The notes under the pieces: generated by a model | Databases searched by the model: none | What the model saw: the letters and a program-made list of their open reading frames with translations, nothing else | Told to the model about the DNA's origin: nothing | Shown here: positions 37,691-48,459 of the stretch, in pieces | Layout of the letters: each line of letters starts with the position of its first letter | Position numbering within the stretch: the first letter of the stretch is position 1 | Source of the DNA: Anaerolineae bacterium | GTDB taxonomy: Bacteria > Chloroflexota > Anaerolineae > Aggregatilineales > Phototrophicaceae | Length of the DNA: 64,000 bases | Direction of reading: 5' to 3' | Assembly: GCA_022823945.1 (NCBI GenBank) | Contig: JAJEBK010000031.1 | Span: 857 to 64,856 of the forward strand | Position numbers and translations under genes: made by a program

Positions 37691-38466
37691 ATGTTGATGA
37701 CGCGGCTGAAAGAATTCTGTCCCAATTTGTGGATTTACGAATTGGAGACGCCGTCCTTTGTGGTGCGCGCCGCTGTGATCAAGGGCGAAAAGTACGCGGC
37801 AGTCTGGGACACCATGTCCCTGCCAGACGAAGCAGCGCCGCTCGCGGACGCCCTGGAGGGCCAACCCTGCTATGTTGTCTATAGCCACGGGGATTACGAT
37901 CACGCCTGGGGTACAGCGGGGCTCGGCGAAGACCATTTGGGCGTGATAGCCCATGCGGAGTGTTTGCGACGCTTTAGAGATGAAGCGCCGCGAACGCTGC
38001 AGTGAATGCAAATGACCGAACCGAGCCAGTGGGACAGCGTGCGCCTGGTTCCCCCAACATCACTTTCACATCTAGCCTGTCGCTTGATTTGGGCGGCCTG
38101 ACCTTGGAGCTGCATCATACGCCGGGGCACACCGCCGATAGCATCGTTGCTTGGATTCCTGAGCGGGGCGTACTGCTGGGCGGGGACGCGATCGAAACGC
38201 CGCTTCCGGTCGTAAACCACGCCCCGCTTCTTCTCGGTTGGTTGGATGCGCTGGCGGTTTGGCAGGCTAATGACAGCCTCAAATATGCGATTCCCTCTCA
38301 CGGCAACGCCTCCGGGCGCGAGAGCCTTGATCAGACGGTCGCCTATCTGCGTGCCCTGGCCGGCGACCGGCAGTTTACACTCCCGGGCAAGCTGGAAGAC
38401 TTCTACCGCGAGACACATCAGAAAAATCTGATCGAGGTTCAAAGCGGGCTCGCGCTGCATGAATGA
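37691..38466 (+). pseudogene. MBL-fold metallo-hydrolase split into two overlapping ORFs (37691-38005 and 38002-38466) by an apparent frameshift
   Basis: ORF 1 carries motif 1/2 (VVYSHGDYDHAWG). ORF 2 carries HHTPGHTADS and GDAIE. The spacing between motifs matches a single domain, and the ORFs overlap at GTGA. Confidence 0.55.
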
Positions 38467-38986
38467 TATCTTGCCGGATGTGCTGGCGCGGGAGCTGCTG
38501 CTGGTCTTTTGTGGCACAGCAGCCAGTACCGCATCCGCGCGTGCGACAGCCTATTATGCCAATCCTGGCAATCGCTTCTGGCGCGCGCTCCATCGAGCCG
38601 GTTTCACGCCACGCCAATTCGCTCCCGAAGACTTCCGCAACCTGCTGGCGCTGGGCATTGGGTTGACCGATTTGTGCAAGAACAGCGCGGGAAACGACAG
38701 CGATATCGCCTTCACGCAGGGTGATGTCGTGGCGCTGCGCGACAAGCTCATCCGCTATCAGCCCAAGATCGCGGCCTTCACCAGCAAGACCGCCTGGCGC
38801 ACTTTTTCGAGCCAGCCCATGAGCAAGCCGGCGGCCTATGGTTGGCAAACTGAGCAGATTGGGCAGACGCGCTGCTTCGTCCTGCCATCGCCGTCGGGTT
38901 CTGCGCGCCGCTATTGGGATATCGCCCCCTGGCAGATATTGGCTGATGCGTACAAGCGGCTGCTGGGCGCGGCGACTGCTGGCTGA
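38459..38986 (+). CDS. mug: Mug/TDG-family mismatch-specific uracil-DNA glycosylase
   Basis: Colinear with E. coli Mug by eye: DIL..L..VFCG, YYANPGNRFW, AGFTPRQ, VLPSPSG. Motif A reads GTAAS instead of GINPG. Confidence 0.75.
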   Translation: MNDILPDVLARELLLVFCGTAASTASARATAYYANPGNRFWRALHRAGFTPRQFAPEDFRNLLALGIGLTDLCKNSAGNDSDIAFTQGDVVALRDKLIRYQPKIAAFTSKTAWRTFSSQPMSKPAAYGWQTEQIGQTRCFVLPSPSGSARRYWDIAPWQILADAYKRLLGAATAG

Positions 38987-39002
38987 AGCGCTTTGGCAAC
39001 CG

Positions 39003-39683
39003 CTAACTCCAACGCGCATCCGGGCTGTCGCTGTGAAAGACGCGTCCGCTGACGCCGTCTGCGGCATTCGAAGCCAGGAACAACGCCAGGTTGGCGACAG
39101 GCTCGACACGGTCGCCGGCCACGATGGCATTGACACGAATTTTGTGCGCTGCCAGCTCACGCGCCGCCTGCCGGGTTAAGCCGATGACGCCGGCCGCCCC
39201 AGCTACAGCGCCGACCCCCGCGGGCAGGGTCGAAAGCGTCTCTGCGGGCAGCACATTGATGATCGCACCGCCGCCCTCGTCTGCCAGCACACGCGCAGCC
39301 AACTGCAGGCAAAAGAAGACGCCGCCCAGATTCACCTCCAACTGCCGCCGCCAGTCCCATTCGTCCACCTGCAGCAGTGGCTGGGCGCGCCGGATGCTGA
39401 CGGCGTTGACCAGCAAATGCAACTGCCCAAAAGCATCGCGCGTCTGTTCGATCATGTTGGCGACTTGAAAGCGGTTGGAAATATCGGCGCGCAGTGCGAT
39501 AGCTGTACCGCCGCGAGCATGGATTAGCTGGCTGGTGGCGTCGGCGCGCTCGATATTGAGGTCAGCTGCCGCCACCGACGCGCCACAATCGGCCAGCGCC
39601 CGCGCGATTCCCCGACCATTGCCCGCGCCAGCGCCGGCTACCAAGGCCACTCTGCCAGACAGGTCAACTTGCCATGAGGTCAC
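39003..39683 (-). CDS. SDR-family oxidoreductase
   Basis: N-terminal Gly-rich NAD(P) motif VAGAGAGNGRGIARALA, NAV.. and INV..; about 226 aa. Confidence 0.8.
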   Translation of the reverse strand: MTSWQVDLSGRVALVAGAGAGNGRGIARALADCGASVAAADLNIERADATSQLIHARGGTAIALRADISNRFQVANMIEQTRDAFGQLHLLVNAVSIRRAQPLLQVDEWDWRRQLEVNLGGVFFCLQLAARVLADEGGGAIINVLPAETLSTLPAGVGAVAGAAGVIGLTRQAARELAAHKIRVNAIVAGDRVEPVANLALFLASNAADGVSGRVFHSDSPDARWS

Positions 39684-39686
39684 GCG

Positions 39687-40241
39687 CTAAAACGGGATAT
39701 CGTCCGAGGTCTGGGGACGCGATTCTGGATAATTCGAGGCGCGGTCGTCTTGCTGATAACCGCCGCTGGGCGCTTGATTGCCTTGTCCCCGCTGATAACC
39801 GCCACGCTGGTAGCCACCACCTTGACCGCCTTGATATCCACCACCCTGCTGCTGGCCGCCTTGATAGCCACCGCGTTGCTGTCCGCCGCCATATTGGTCT
39901 TGATCGCCACCGCGATTGCCTAGAAAACGAACATCCCGCGCCGTTAAATCCAGCGACGCCGCCGCCTCGCCATTGTTATTCAAATACCCACGCGCGCTCA
40001 CATTGCCGGTCACCATGACTTGCCGGCCCTTGGCCAAATAGGTGTTGCAAGTTTCAGCCAGCGGTCCCCAGGCTGCCACGCGATACCAGGTCGTTCTTTC
40101 ACGCTGTTCGCCCGAATTGCGATCTCGCCAACGCTCGCTGACGGCGACGCTGAAGTTGCATACCGCTACTCCGCTCTGCAAGTAACGAAGTTCTGGATCG
40201 CCACCCAGGTTGCCCACGATAATAGTTTGATGCCAGCTCAT
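39687..40241 (-). CDS. ssb: Single-stranded DNA-binding protein
   Basis: OB fold (IIVGNLGGDPELRY, TTWYRVAAWG), a Gly/Gln/Tyr-rich linker, and an acidic tip DDIPF. Confidence 0.95.
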   Translation of the reverse strand: MSWHQTIIVGNLGGDPELRYLQSGVAVCNFSVAVSERWRDRNSGEQRERTTWYRVAAWGPLAETCNTYLAKGRQVMVTGNVSARGYLNNNGEAAASLDLTARDVRFLGNRGGDQDQYGGGQQRGGYQGGQQQGGGYQGGQGGGYQRGGYQRGQGNQAPSGGYQQDDRASNYPESRPQTSDDIPF

Positions 40242-40269
40242 TGCGACTGTCTCCGATTAACTCGCTTCA

Positions 40270-41721
<1,452 letters not shown>

Positions 41722-41804
41722 TTCCCGCGTCCTATGGTGAAAAAATCAACCTGCATAACATAGCGGATTTGGCGCAGAATGCAAACATGCGTTGAACCTG
41801 CGGC

Positions 41805-41895
41805 GTGTGACCCCTCCCCCAGCCCCTCCCCGTCAGGACGGAGAGGGTAGCCATAGCCTGCCTCCCCCTGACTCGTCGGGGGGACCGAGGGGGTT
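41805..41895. repeat. Hairpin repeat cluster: an A-like hairpin (ccctccccgtcaggacggagaggg) plus a family-D unit at 41861-41895
   Basis: cctccccctgactcgtcggggggaccgagggggtt is the reverse complement of 46247-46281 with a few mismatches. Confidence 0.7.
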
Positions 41896-41901
41896 CGCTT
41901 G

Positions 41902-43098
41902 TCAGGCAACGAGCGCCGGGCTGTTTTGCTGTTTCGTGAGGCCGCGCGCCGACAAGAATCGCTCCAGCCGCGCCAGCGCCTCGAGGATATTCGCCTCGCT
42001 GGTCGCATAACTGGCGCGCACATAGCCAGCGCCGCTTTTGCCAAATGCGCTGCCCGGGATGAGCGCCAGCTGCTCTTCTTTCAGCAAGGCTTCGCAGAAA
42101 GTTTCGTCATCCAAACCCGTGCTGGCGATGCTCGGGAAGGCATAAAATGCGCCGCGCGGTTCAAAGCAGCGCAGACCCAAGCCATTGAAGCCATCGACCA
42201 GCAGACGCCGCCGCTGGTCATAACGCCGCCGCATTTGTTCAATGTCGTCTTCGCCATGACGGATTGCTTGCAGCGCAGCCGCTTGTCCCATGGTCGGCGC
42301 AGACATGATCAGGTACTGGTGCAGCTTGTACATCGCCTGCGTGAAGGCGCGCGGAGCCGTCACATAGCCGATGCGCCAGCCGGTCATGGCATAGGACTTG
42401 CTCATGCCGCTGAGCACGATTGTCCGTTCGCGCATGCCCGGCAGCGTTGCGAAGTTGGTGTGCTGGCTGCCATACACCAGGCGCTCGTAGATCTCGTCCG
42501 AGATGACCACCAGGTCGTGCTTGCGCGCCACTTCGGCGACTTGCAACAGGTGCTCGCGGGTCAAAACGGCACCGGTGGGATTGCTGGGATAGCTGATCAA
42601 AATCGCTTTGCTGCGCGGGGTGATCTGCGCCTCCAGCGCCGCGCCAGTAACCTGAAAGTCGTCCTCAGCCGAGGTCGGCACAGACACTGGCACGCCGCCC
42701 GTCATCTCGACCAGGGCTGGATTGGCGACAAAGCAGGGTTCCGCCACCAAGACCTCGTCGCCAGCATCCAGCAGCACTTTCAAAGCCAAGAAGAGCGCTT
42801 CGCTGACGCCGACGGTGACCAGCACTTCGTCATCGGGCGCATAGGACAGGCCATAACGCCGCTCAATCTGAGCCGCGATCGCCGCGCGCAATTCTGCTGT
42901 GCCGGCATTGGATGTGTAGCCGGTTTCGCCCGCGCGCAGACTTTGCACGCCCGCTTCCAAGATGTGTGCCGGGGTGACAAAATTGGGCTCGCCGATGCCC
43001 AGCGTTACGACATCGTCCAGGCTGGCGGCGATGTCAAAATAGCGCCGAATGCCGGATGGTCGCAGATTCTGCACGGTCTTCGATAGGTGGCGATTCAT
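41902..43098 (-). CDS. Class I/II pyridoxal-phosphate-dependent aminotransferase
   Basis: RPSGIRRYF, GEPNF, the YPSNPTG-type motif, and the PLP lysine context SKSYAMTGWRIGY. ATG 43098 is preferred; the ORF is open to 43131. Confidence 0.9.
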   Translation of the reverse strand: MNRHLSKTVQNLRPSGIRRYFDIAASLDDVVTLGIGEPNFVTPAHILEAGVQSLRAGETGYTSNAGTAELRAAIAAQIERRYGLSYAPDDEVLVTVGVSEALFLALKVLLDAGDEVLVAEPCFVANPALVEMTGGVPVSVPTSAEDDFQVTGAALEAQITPRSKAILISYPSNPTGAVLTREHLLQVAEVARKHDLVVISDEIYERLVYGSQHTNFATLPGMRERTIVLSGMSKSYAMTGWRIGYVTAPRAFTQAMYKLHQYLIMSAPTMGQAAALQAIRHGEDDIEQMRRRYDQRRRLLVDGFNGLGLRCFEPRGAFYAFPSIASTGLDDETFCEALLKEEQLALIPGSAFGKSGAGYVRASYATSEANILEALARLERFLSARGLTKQQNSPALVA

Positions 43099-43357
43099 GT
43101 ACGGAGTCTCCTGTCGGGTCATGCCGCGCATTTTGTATCACATTCCCTGCGGCGAAGCTTCACACAGCTGCCTTCAATTCCCAAGGCAATTATCGTACAA
43201 CCTGTAGGAAATTTTCGCTGATATGCCATTCGTTTATCGATTCCTTTGTCCATTCTGTAGGATGACGCTGATATAGCATTGCAGCAATGCGCGCCTATCC
43301 GCTCTGCCGTTTGCGTTTCTGCCACTCGGAATTTAGAATTGGGCATGACGAAAGGCT

Positions 43358-44155
43358 TTGCTCATGCTCACGATGCCATTGTCAGCGCTGCACGACTGGG
43401 ACGATACGCGCGATGCCTTGCACCAGGTGGCGCTCGTGCTCAGCGCGATTCGTGTTGCCGCCGGCGACAAATTGCCCAACGACAGACAGTTCAGCCTGCG
43501 CGTGACCAGTTCCGGCTTCAGCACTGGTGAACTGCCGTTTGGCGCTGCGCTGTCTTTTGAATGTTCGGCTTTGCAGCTGCTTTGTGTGCGCGAGTGGCAG
43601 AAAGTCTTCACGCTGGGCTTGCGAGGGCACACGCCGCAAACCTTGCTGCGCGCGCTGCACAGGGGATTCCACCGCCGCGGCATCACAATCACACCCTCAG
43701 CGGAAAAACTTGATGCCGAGCTTGCGTTGACCATCGATCCGCAGCAAGCCAATGGCTATATCCGCACTCTGAACAGCCTGGCAGCCGCCCTGGCGATCGT
43801 ACGCGAAAAACTGGGCGGCAGCGCAACGCCAGTTGTCTTGTGGGCGCATCATTTCGACCTGGGCTTCGTGTGGTTTCCTGGTGGTGGGTCGGACGAGCGC
43901 CGGGATGCCCAGATCGCATGTGGATTCGCGCCCAGCAGTCCGGGTTTGCCCCGCCCCTACCTCTACGCTTATGCCTGGTCGCAGCCAACCGGTTACTTGC
44001 AGCTGCCACTCGCTCCGCCCGCGATCGCCATTGCTGAGGGATACACTGGCTTGTACGCGGCTTATGACGACCTGCGCGAATTGGAAGAGCCGAGGCGGGA
44101 GATCGTGTCCATTCTGCTGGACTATGCGCGAAAAGCAGAGTCTCTGCTGGCATAG
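43358..44155 (+). CDS. Hypothetical protein (possibly DUF5996-like)
   Basis: A 265-aa ORF with protein-like composition. The family name comes from memory of the LWAHHFDLGF-type motif and is uncertain. Confidence 0.55.
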   Translation: MLMLTMPLSALHDWDDTRDALHQVALVLSAIRVAAGDKLPNDRQFSLRVTSSGFSTGELPFGAALSFECSALQLLCVREWQKVFTLGLRGHTPQTLLRALHRGFHRRGITITPSAEKLDAELALTIDPQQANGYIRTLNSLAAALAIVREKLGGSATPVVLWAHHFDLGFVWFPGGGSDERRDAQIACGFAPSSPGLPRPYLYAYAWSQPTGYLQLPLAPPAIAIAEGYTGLYAAYDDLRELEEPRREIVSILLDYARKAESLLA

Positions 44156-44176
44156 AAGCAGCGCAAAGCCTTCACT

Positions 44177-44263
44177 TTCCTCTCGGTGTATTCAAATGAA
44201 CTTGGTATTCGGCGGGTAAGCATTGTGGACGTGGGCTTTCATTTTGAAGCGATTGGCCTGTGG
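44177..44263 (+). repeat. Family-C repeat, right-arm type copy
   Basis: ttcctctcggtgtattcaaatgaacttggtattcggcgggtaag...ctttcattttgaagcgattggcctgtgg is colinear with 7553-7653. Confidence 0.7.
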
Positions 44264-44360
44264 CAAAGTCCGCCATGATTGGCTATACTTGTGCTATGCT
44301 TGCCGCGAACCCATTGCGGATGATGCCAGTAACAGCGTTGCGCTGCTGTAGAGGGAATGA

Positions 44361-44597
44361 ATGAGCGACGAAAACATCAACCGAAATGACGACGATATTG
44401 AAAGTGGTGAGGGCGACCGCCTTGAGCGCCTGGGTGGCGAACCAGCGCCTGCTATAACGCCAGAGGAATTTGAACGGCTGCAAAAGGCGGGCCAAGTCCA
44501 CATCGACTCGCGTGGGCGTGTGCGCACAGCACGGCGCAGCGGGGCAGAAGCCGGCGTGTCGTTGCGCAAACGCCGCGCCTGGTATGGCGAGGCTTAG
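44361..44597 (+). CDS. Small acidic/basic hypothetical protein (78 aa)
   Basis: GAGGGA Shine-Dalgarno-like sequence 5 nt upstream of the ATG. Composition is plausible, but I recognise no motif. Confidence 0.4.
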   Translation: MSDENINRNDDDIESGEGDRLERLGGEPAPAITPEEFERLQKAGQVHIDSRGRVRTARRSGAEAGVSLRKRRAWYGEA

Positions 44598-44658
44598 CTT
44601 TCGCCCGCAGCAATTTCTGACTGTTTGCCGCGCTTTCACATGACGCGAGCGCTGTCTT

Positions 44659-45378
44659 TTGCGCCTGCCCACCGGCATTGTCGAGAGACTTTGCGCCAAT
44701 GCATCGCGCCAACCACAAGTAAATCCTGTGTCTGACAACATAAATTTCCATGACCTGCGCCGGGCGCTCCAGCTGAGCGGTTTTGATGCGTGGGCTGCGC
44801 AGCGGCAGATGGCACCGGTGCCACGCGGCTGGGAAAAGCGCGCTGGACCCCCAAAGCAGGCGGCGGTCATGATTCTCGTCTTTGCAGATGCAAACGATCG
44901 CTTGCATTCGGTGCTGACTCTGCGCAATGCTGATTTGCGCGGCCACAGCGGACAAGTCAGCTTCCCTGGCGGAGGCGCAGAACCTGGCGACGAGGACGCG
45001 CTGGCTACTGCCCGACGCGAAACCGTCGAAGAAATCGGCATCTGCGCGACGCGCGTGCAGCTTCTGGGCTTTCTTTCGAATCTCTACATCCCCGCCTCGC
45101 ATTACAATGTAGCGCCGGTGGTGGCGCGCTATGCTGGAATGCCTGCCTTCTCGCCAAACGCCCTGGAAGTCGCGGAATTGTTCACTTTCGCGTTGGACGA
45201 TCTGCTACGCCCCGAGCTAAAGGTGGAAGAGCGGCGGCTCATTCGTGGCGTAGATGTGCGCGTCCCCTACTACGCCATAAACCGCCACAAAGTCTGGGGC
45301 GCGACAGCCATCATGCTCAGCGAGCTGGAAGGGCGGCTCTTGCGCGCCAGACAAATCGCCAATCGCGAAACGGGCTAG
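44659..45378 (+). CDS. NUDIX hydrolase (CoA pyrophosphatase-like)
   Basis: Nudix box GGGAEPGDEDALATARRETVEEIG, preceded by LRGHSGQVSFPGG, which is typical of the CoA pyrophosphatase subgroup. The start is uncertain. Confidence 0.85.
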   Translation: MRLPTGIVERLCANASRQPQVNPVSDNINFHDLRRALQLSGFDAWAAQRQMAPVPRGWEKRAGPPKQAAVMILVFADANDRLHSVLTLRNADLRGHSGQVSFPGGGAEPGDEDALATARRETVEEIGICATRVQLLGFLSNLYIPASHYNVAPVVARYAGMPAFSPNALEVAELFTFALDDLLRPELKVEERRLIRGVDVRVPYYAINRHKVWGATAIMLSELEGRLLRARQIANRETG

Positions 45379-45384
45379 GAGCAG

Positions 45385-46230
45385 ATGGACTGGTTTTCGG
45401 CCGCGGTCATCTCGGCTGTGGGCTTATCGGCGCAGGCGCTGGTATTCCAACGGCTGCAGCGGCATTATGCCATCAATACTTTCATGGCTTACGCCTGGCT
45501 GGGCGCGGCGCTGACCCTGGGCTTGCTGTTTTTACGACCCGCCGATATAGACGCCGTCGCGCGCAATATCCTGCCGCTGGCGCTTTCGGGTTTGACCAGC
45601 ATGCTGGGTAACTACGCCTACAACCGCGCGATCCGTCTGCAAGGCAATATCGGTTATATCGAGGCGGTGATGTCGTGGCGGCTCATCCTCACATTTGTGT
45701 ATTCGTTGCTGCTGCTGGGCGCGCCATTCGAGTTGCTCCGTCTGGGCGGCATCGTCTTGATCGTGGCGGGCGTGTTGACGGTTTCGGGCGCTTGGCAGAT
45801 GCGCGGCAAAGACTTCTCAATCGCCTGGGTGAGCTGGGCGCTGCTGGGCGGATTGTCCTTCGCGCTGGTCTCGATATTTGTTCGCTTCGCCAACGATGAT
45901 GGCGTCAGTGGCGAAGTGTCGCTGATCATCGTGCTGCTGGTGGCTGGCTTGGGCTTTCTGGGCGGGGCTTTCGCCGAGAGGTCGAGTTTGCGCTTGTCGC
46001 CGCGGCATAGTCATCTGATTGTTGCCGTGATCGTCTGCGCGACTCTGGGCAATGCGGCGCTTTTTGTCGCCTATGCCAAAGCGCCCAATCTCGCCTATGC
46101 CATCGCCATCGACAACTCGCGAATCATCATTTTGTACCTGGTGGGCTTGGCGATGTTCGGCGCATCCTGGGGGCGCGCGCAGGCAGCGGGCATCGTGCTG
46201 ACATTTGTCGGCATCTTGCTGCTGGCATGA
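45385..46230 (+). CDS. EamA/DMT-family transporter
   Basis: About 10 predicted TM helices in two similar halves; Gly-rich helix ends (LLGAPFELLRLGGIVLIVAGV; IVLTFVGILLL). Confidence 0.8.
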   Translation: MDWFSAAVISAVGLSAQALVFQRLQRHYAINTFMAYAWLGAALTLGLLFLRPADIDAVARNILPLALSGLTSMLGNYAYNRAIRLQGNIGYIEAVMSWRLILTFVYSLLLLGAPFELLRLGGIVLIVAGVLTVSGAWQMRGKDFSIAWVSWALLGGLSFALVSIFVRFANDDGVSGEVSLIIVLLVAGLGFLGGAFAERSSLRLSPRHSHLIVAVIVCATLGNAALFVAYAKAPNLAYAIAIDNSRIIILYLVGLAMFGASWGRAQAAGIVLTFVGILLLA

Positions 46231-46375
46231 GCGCGCTTGTGATATTACCCCCCTCAGTCCCCCCGACAGGTCAGGGGGAGGCAAAGACTGCGCCCGTTCG
46301 CATACAGATGTGGGATTGGGGGGAACGGAGTCAAGACTAGAGACCGCAACATGGCCTCGTATGAGCGCGCTTGTG
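46227..46375. mobile_element. 119-bp insertion (46242-46360) containing a family-D unit, flanked by a perfect 15-bp direct repeat ATGAGCGCGCTTGTG
   Basis: The direct repeat occurs at 46227-46241 (which includes the EamA stop TGA) and at 46361-46375. The interior carries acccccctcagtccccccgacaggtcagggggagg. Confidence 0.6.
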
Positions 46376-46423
46376 TGGCTTACCCTATGCTGATATAGTC
46401 GCGCTAAGTGGAATCCGAATTGC

Positions 46424-47551
46424 ATGGACAGCTTGCTACATAGCAGCATACCCATATTGGCGGCGGGCAGCGGCACAGGCGGCTCTGGCGAGTGGAGCGC
46501 GCTGATTTTTTATGTCGTTATCGCGCTGGGCGTCTCGTTCTTGTGCTCAATCTGGGAAGCAGCCATGCTGTCAACACCTGTTTCGCACATTGAGCTGCTG
46601 GTGGAGCAGGGCAGCAAGGCGGGCGAAATCATGCAGGGGCTGCGCCAGAATGTTGAACACCCGATCTCAGCCATATTGACATTGAACACGATCGCGCACA
46701 CGGTCGGCGCGGCCGGTGCCGGCGCAGAAGCCACTGCCATCTTCGGCAGCGAGTTCTTCGGCATCATTTCCGCTGTGCTGACTCTGCTGATTCTGGTTTT
46801 CTCTGAGATTATCCCCAAGACTCTGGGCGCGGTTTATGCCAAGCCGCTGACTCCATTCACCGCCTGGTCGCTGCGCGCGCTGCTGATTCTGTTCAAACCA
46901 GCGGTCTTCGCTTTTGAATTTGTCACGCGCGCGATGCGCCCCGACGAAGACGCGCCGACAGTCACTCGCTCCGAGCTGCAAGTCATGGCGCGCATCAGCG
47001 CCGAAGAAGGCGGTATCCACGAGCGAGAAAACCGCATCGTCGCCAACTTGCTGCAACTGGCGGAGGTTCAGGTGGAGACGATCATGACTCCGCGCACCGT
47101 CATGCTGACCTTCCGGACCGATGCGACCATCGGCGACATCATGCGGGCGCACCCGGTCTTGCCATTTTCGCGCATTCCGGTTTATGGGGAATCGGCCGAC
47201 GACATCCGTGGTTATGTGTTGCGACACGAGATTTACAAGCGCGCCGCCGCTGACGAACACGATGTGCCCCTGCGCGAGATTGCGCGCCAACTGCAAGTCG
47301 TGCCCGAGACGAATTCTGTGGCGCAAGTGCTGGATGAATTCATCGCCAAGCAAGACCATATCTTCCTGGTCATCGACGAATATGGCGGTACAGCCGGCTT
47401 GATAACGCTGGAAGATGCCGTCGAGACCTTGCTGGGCATCGAGATCCTGGACGAATCGGACCGCGTGGCCGACCTGCGTGACCTGGCGAGACGCCGCTAT
47501 GCAAGACAACAGGCAACGCCGCCGTCCCTCGACCCTGCCAGCGCAGAATGA
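46424..47551 (+). CDS. CNNM/DUF21 transmembrane domain plus CBS-pair protein (hemolysin-family, putative divalent cation efflux)
   Basis: DUF21 motifs (FLCSIWEAAMLS, ILTLNTIAHTVGA, SEIIPKTLG) followed by tandem CBS domains (IMTPRT...IPVY, VIDEYGGTAGLITLEDAVE). Confidence 0.85.
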   Translation: MDSLLHSSIPILAAGSGTGGSGEWSALIFYVVIALGVSFLCSIWEAAMLSTPVSHIELLVEQGSKAGEIMQGLRQNVEHPISAILTLNTIAHTVGAAGAGAEATAIFGSEFFGIISAVLTLLILVFSEIIPKTLGAVYAKPLTPFTAWSLRALLILFKPAVFAFEFVTRAMRPDEDAPTVTRSELQVMARISAEEGGIHERENRIVANLLQLAEVQVETIMTPRTVMLTFRTDATIGDIMRAHPVLPFSRIPVYGESADDIRGYVLRHEIYKRAAADEHDVPLREIARQLQVVPETNSVAQVLDEFIAKQDHIFLVIDEYGGTAGLITLEDAVETLLGIEILDESDRVADLRDLARRRYARQQATPPSLDPASAE

Positions 47552-48459
47552 GCGAAATTCGCCTGCCTTTGCCTGGATACGCCTACAACTTCGACTTGCT
47601 GCTCGAGATTGTCAGGCGCATCGCCTATCCAGCGCGCATGCTGGTGCAGGACGGCGTGCTGTGGCGCTTCACATGCGGACGCCCGCTGGCTTATCATCAA
47701 GAAGGCGACATGATTGTTGTTCGCGGCGATGGGCTTGCCGATTTTGAGCTGGCAGGTATCGCGCGTAAATCTGCGCAGGTGCTCGGGCTGGGCCACGACC
47801 TCTCGGCGTTTTATGCCCATGCGGCGAAAGACAAACGGCTTTGGCAGGCGATCGAGCCGCTGCTGGGCTTGCCGCTCTTCTGCGCGGAAAGTGTCTTTGA
47901 GGCGCTGGTAACGCTGGTGATCGAACAGCACATCAGTTGGAAATCAGCCTTGCGAGCGCAACGCACGTTGATGCGGCAATTTGCTTCGGGCAAGCTTGTT
48001 GCCAATGGCCGAACCATTTATGACTTTCCGAGCCCGGCCCAACTGGCCGCGGCCACGCCCAGCCAGCTGAAATCGCTGAAGATCACCGACCGGCGCTGCG
48101 CCTTGATCATCGAACTGGCTCGCCGAGTCGCTGCTGGCACCCTCGACCTGGAGTCGATCGCCGCTTTGGATGACAGCGCTGCTTGCGCAAGCCTCATGCA
48201 GATCAAGGGCGTGGGAACATGGACGGCTGGCAATTGTATGGGCCGGGCATTCGGTCGCTACCCCCTGCTCGCCGAAAACGATGTCGCGCTGCAAGCGGCT
48301 GTGCGCGCCTATTTCTATGCTGGCAAGGGCGAGAAAAGCGCTGGCCTGATCAGGCGGGCATTGGGCGCGCATGGACCGCACGCGGGTTTGGCCGGGCACT
48401 TTGTGCTGCTGCGCTGGGTGCTCGACCGCTATCCGCCTCAGATGCCCAATTCGTCATAA
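47548..48459 (+). CDS. HhH-GPD DNA glycosylase, AlkA-like (DNA-3-methyladenine glycosylase II family)
   Basis: FEALVTLVIEQHISWKSA, the helix-hairpin-helix LMQIKGVGTWTAGNCM, and an Asp in ENDVALQ. Confidence 0.8.
   Translation: MSEIRLPLPGYAYNFDLLLEIVRRIAYPARMLVQDGVLWRFTCGRPLAYHQEGDMIVVRGDGLADFELAGIARKSAQVLGLGHDLSAFYAHAAKDKRLWQAIEPLLGLPLFCAESVFEALVTLVIEQHISWKSALRAQRTLMRQFASGKLVANGRTIYDFPSPAQLAAATPSQLKSLKITDRRCALIIELARRVAAGTLDLESIAALDDSAACASLMQIKGVGTWTAGNCMGRAFGRYPLLAENDVALQAAVRAYFYAGKGEKSAGLIRRALGAHGPHAGLAGHFVLLRWVLDRYPPQMPNSS

Noticed and set aside
38003-38005. In-frame TGA in the MBL hydrolase as a selenocysteine codon
   Set aside because: No convincing SECIS-type hairpin follows immediately (only a 5-bp gaacc/ggttc pairing with a large loop). 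The downstream conserved motifs are in a different frame, so a frameshift explains the break better.
39760-39900. GGYQ/GGQ tandem repeat DNA
   Set aside because: It lies inside ssb and encodes the usual disordered Gly/Gln/Tyr-rich linker before the DDIPF tip. It is not a separate repeat element.
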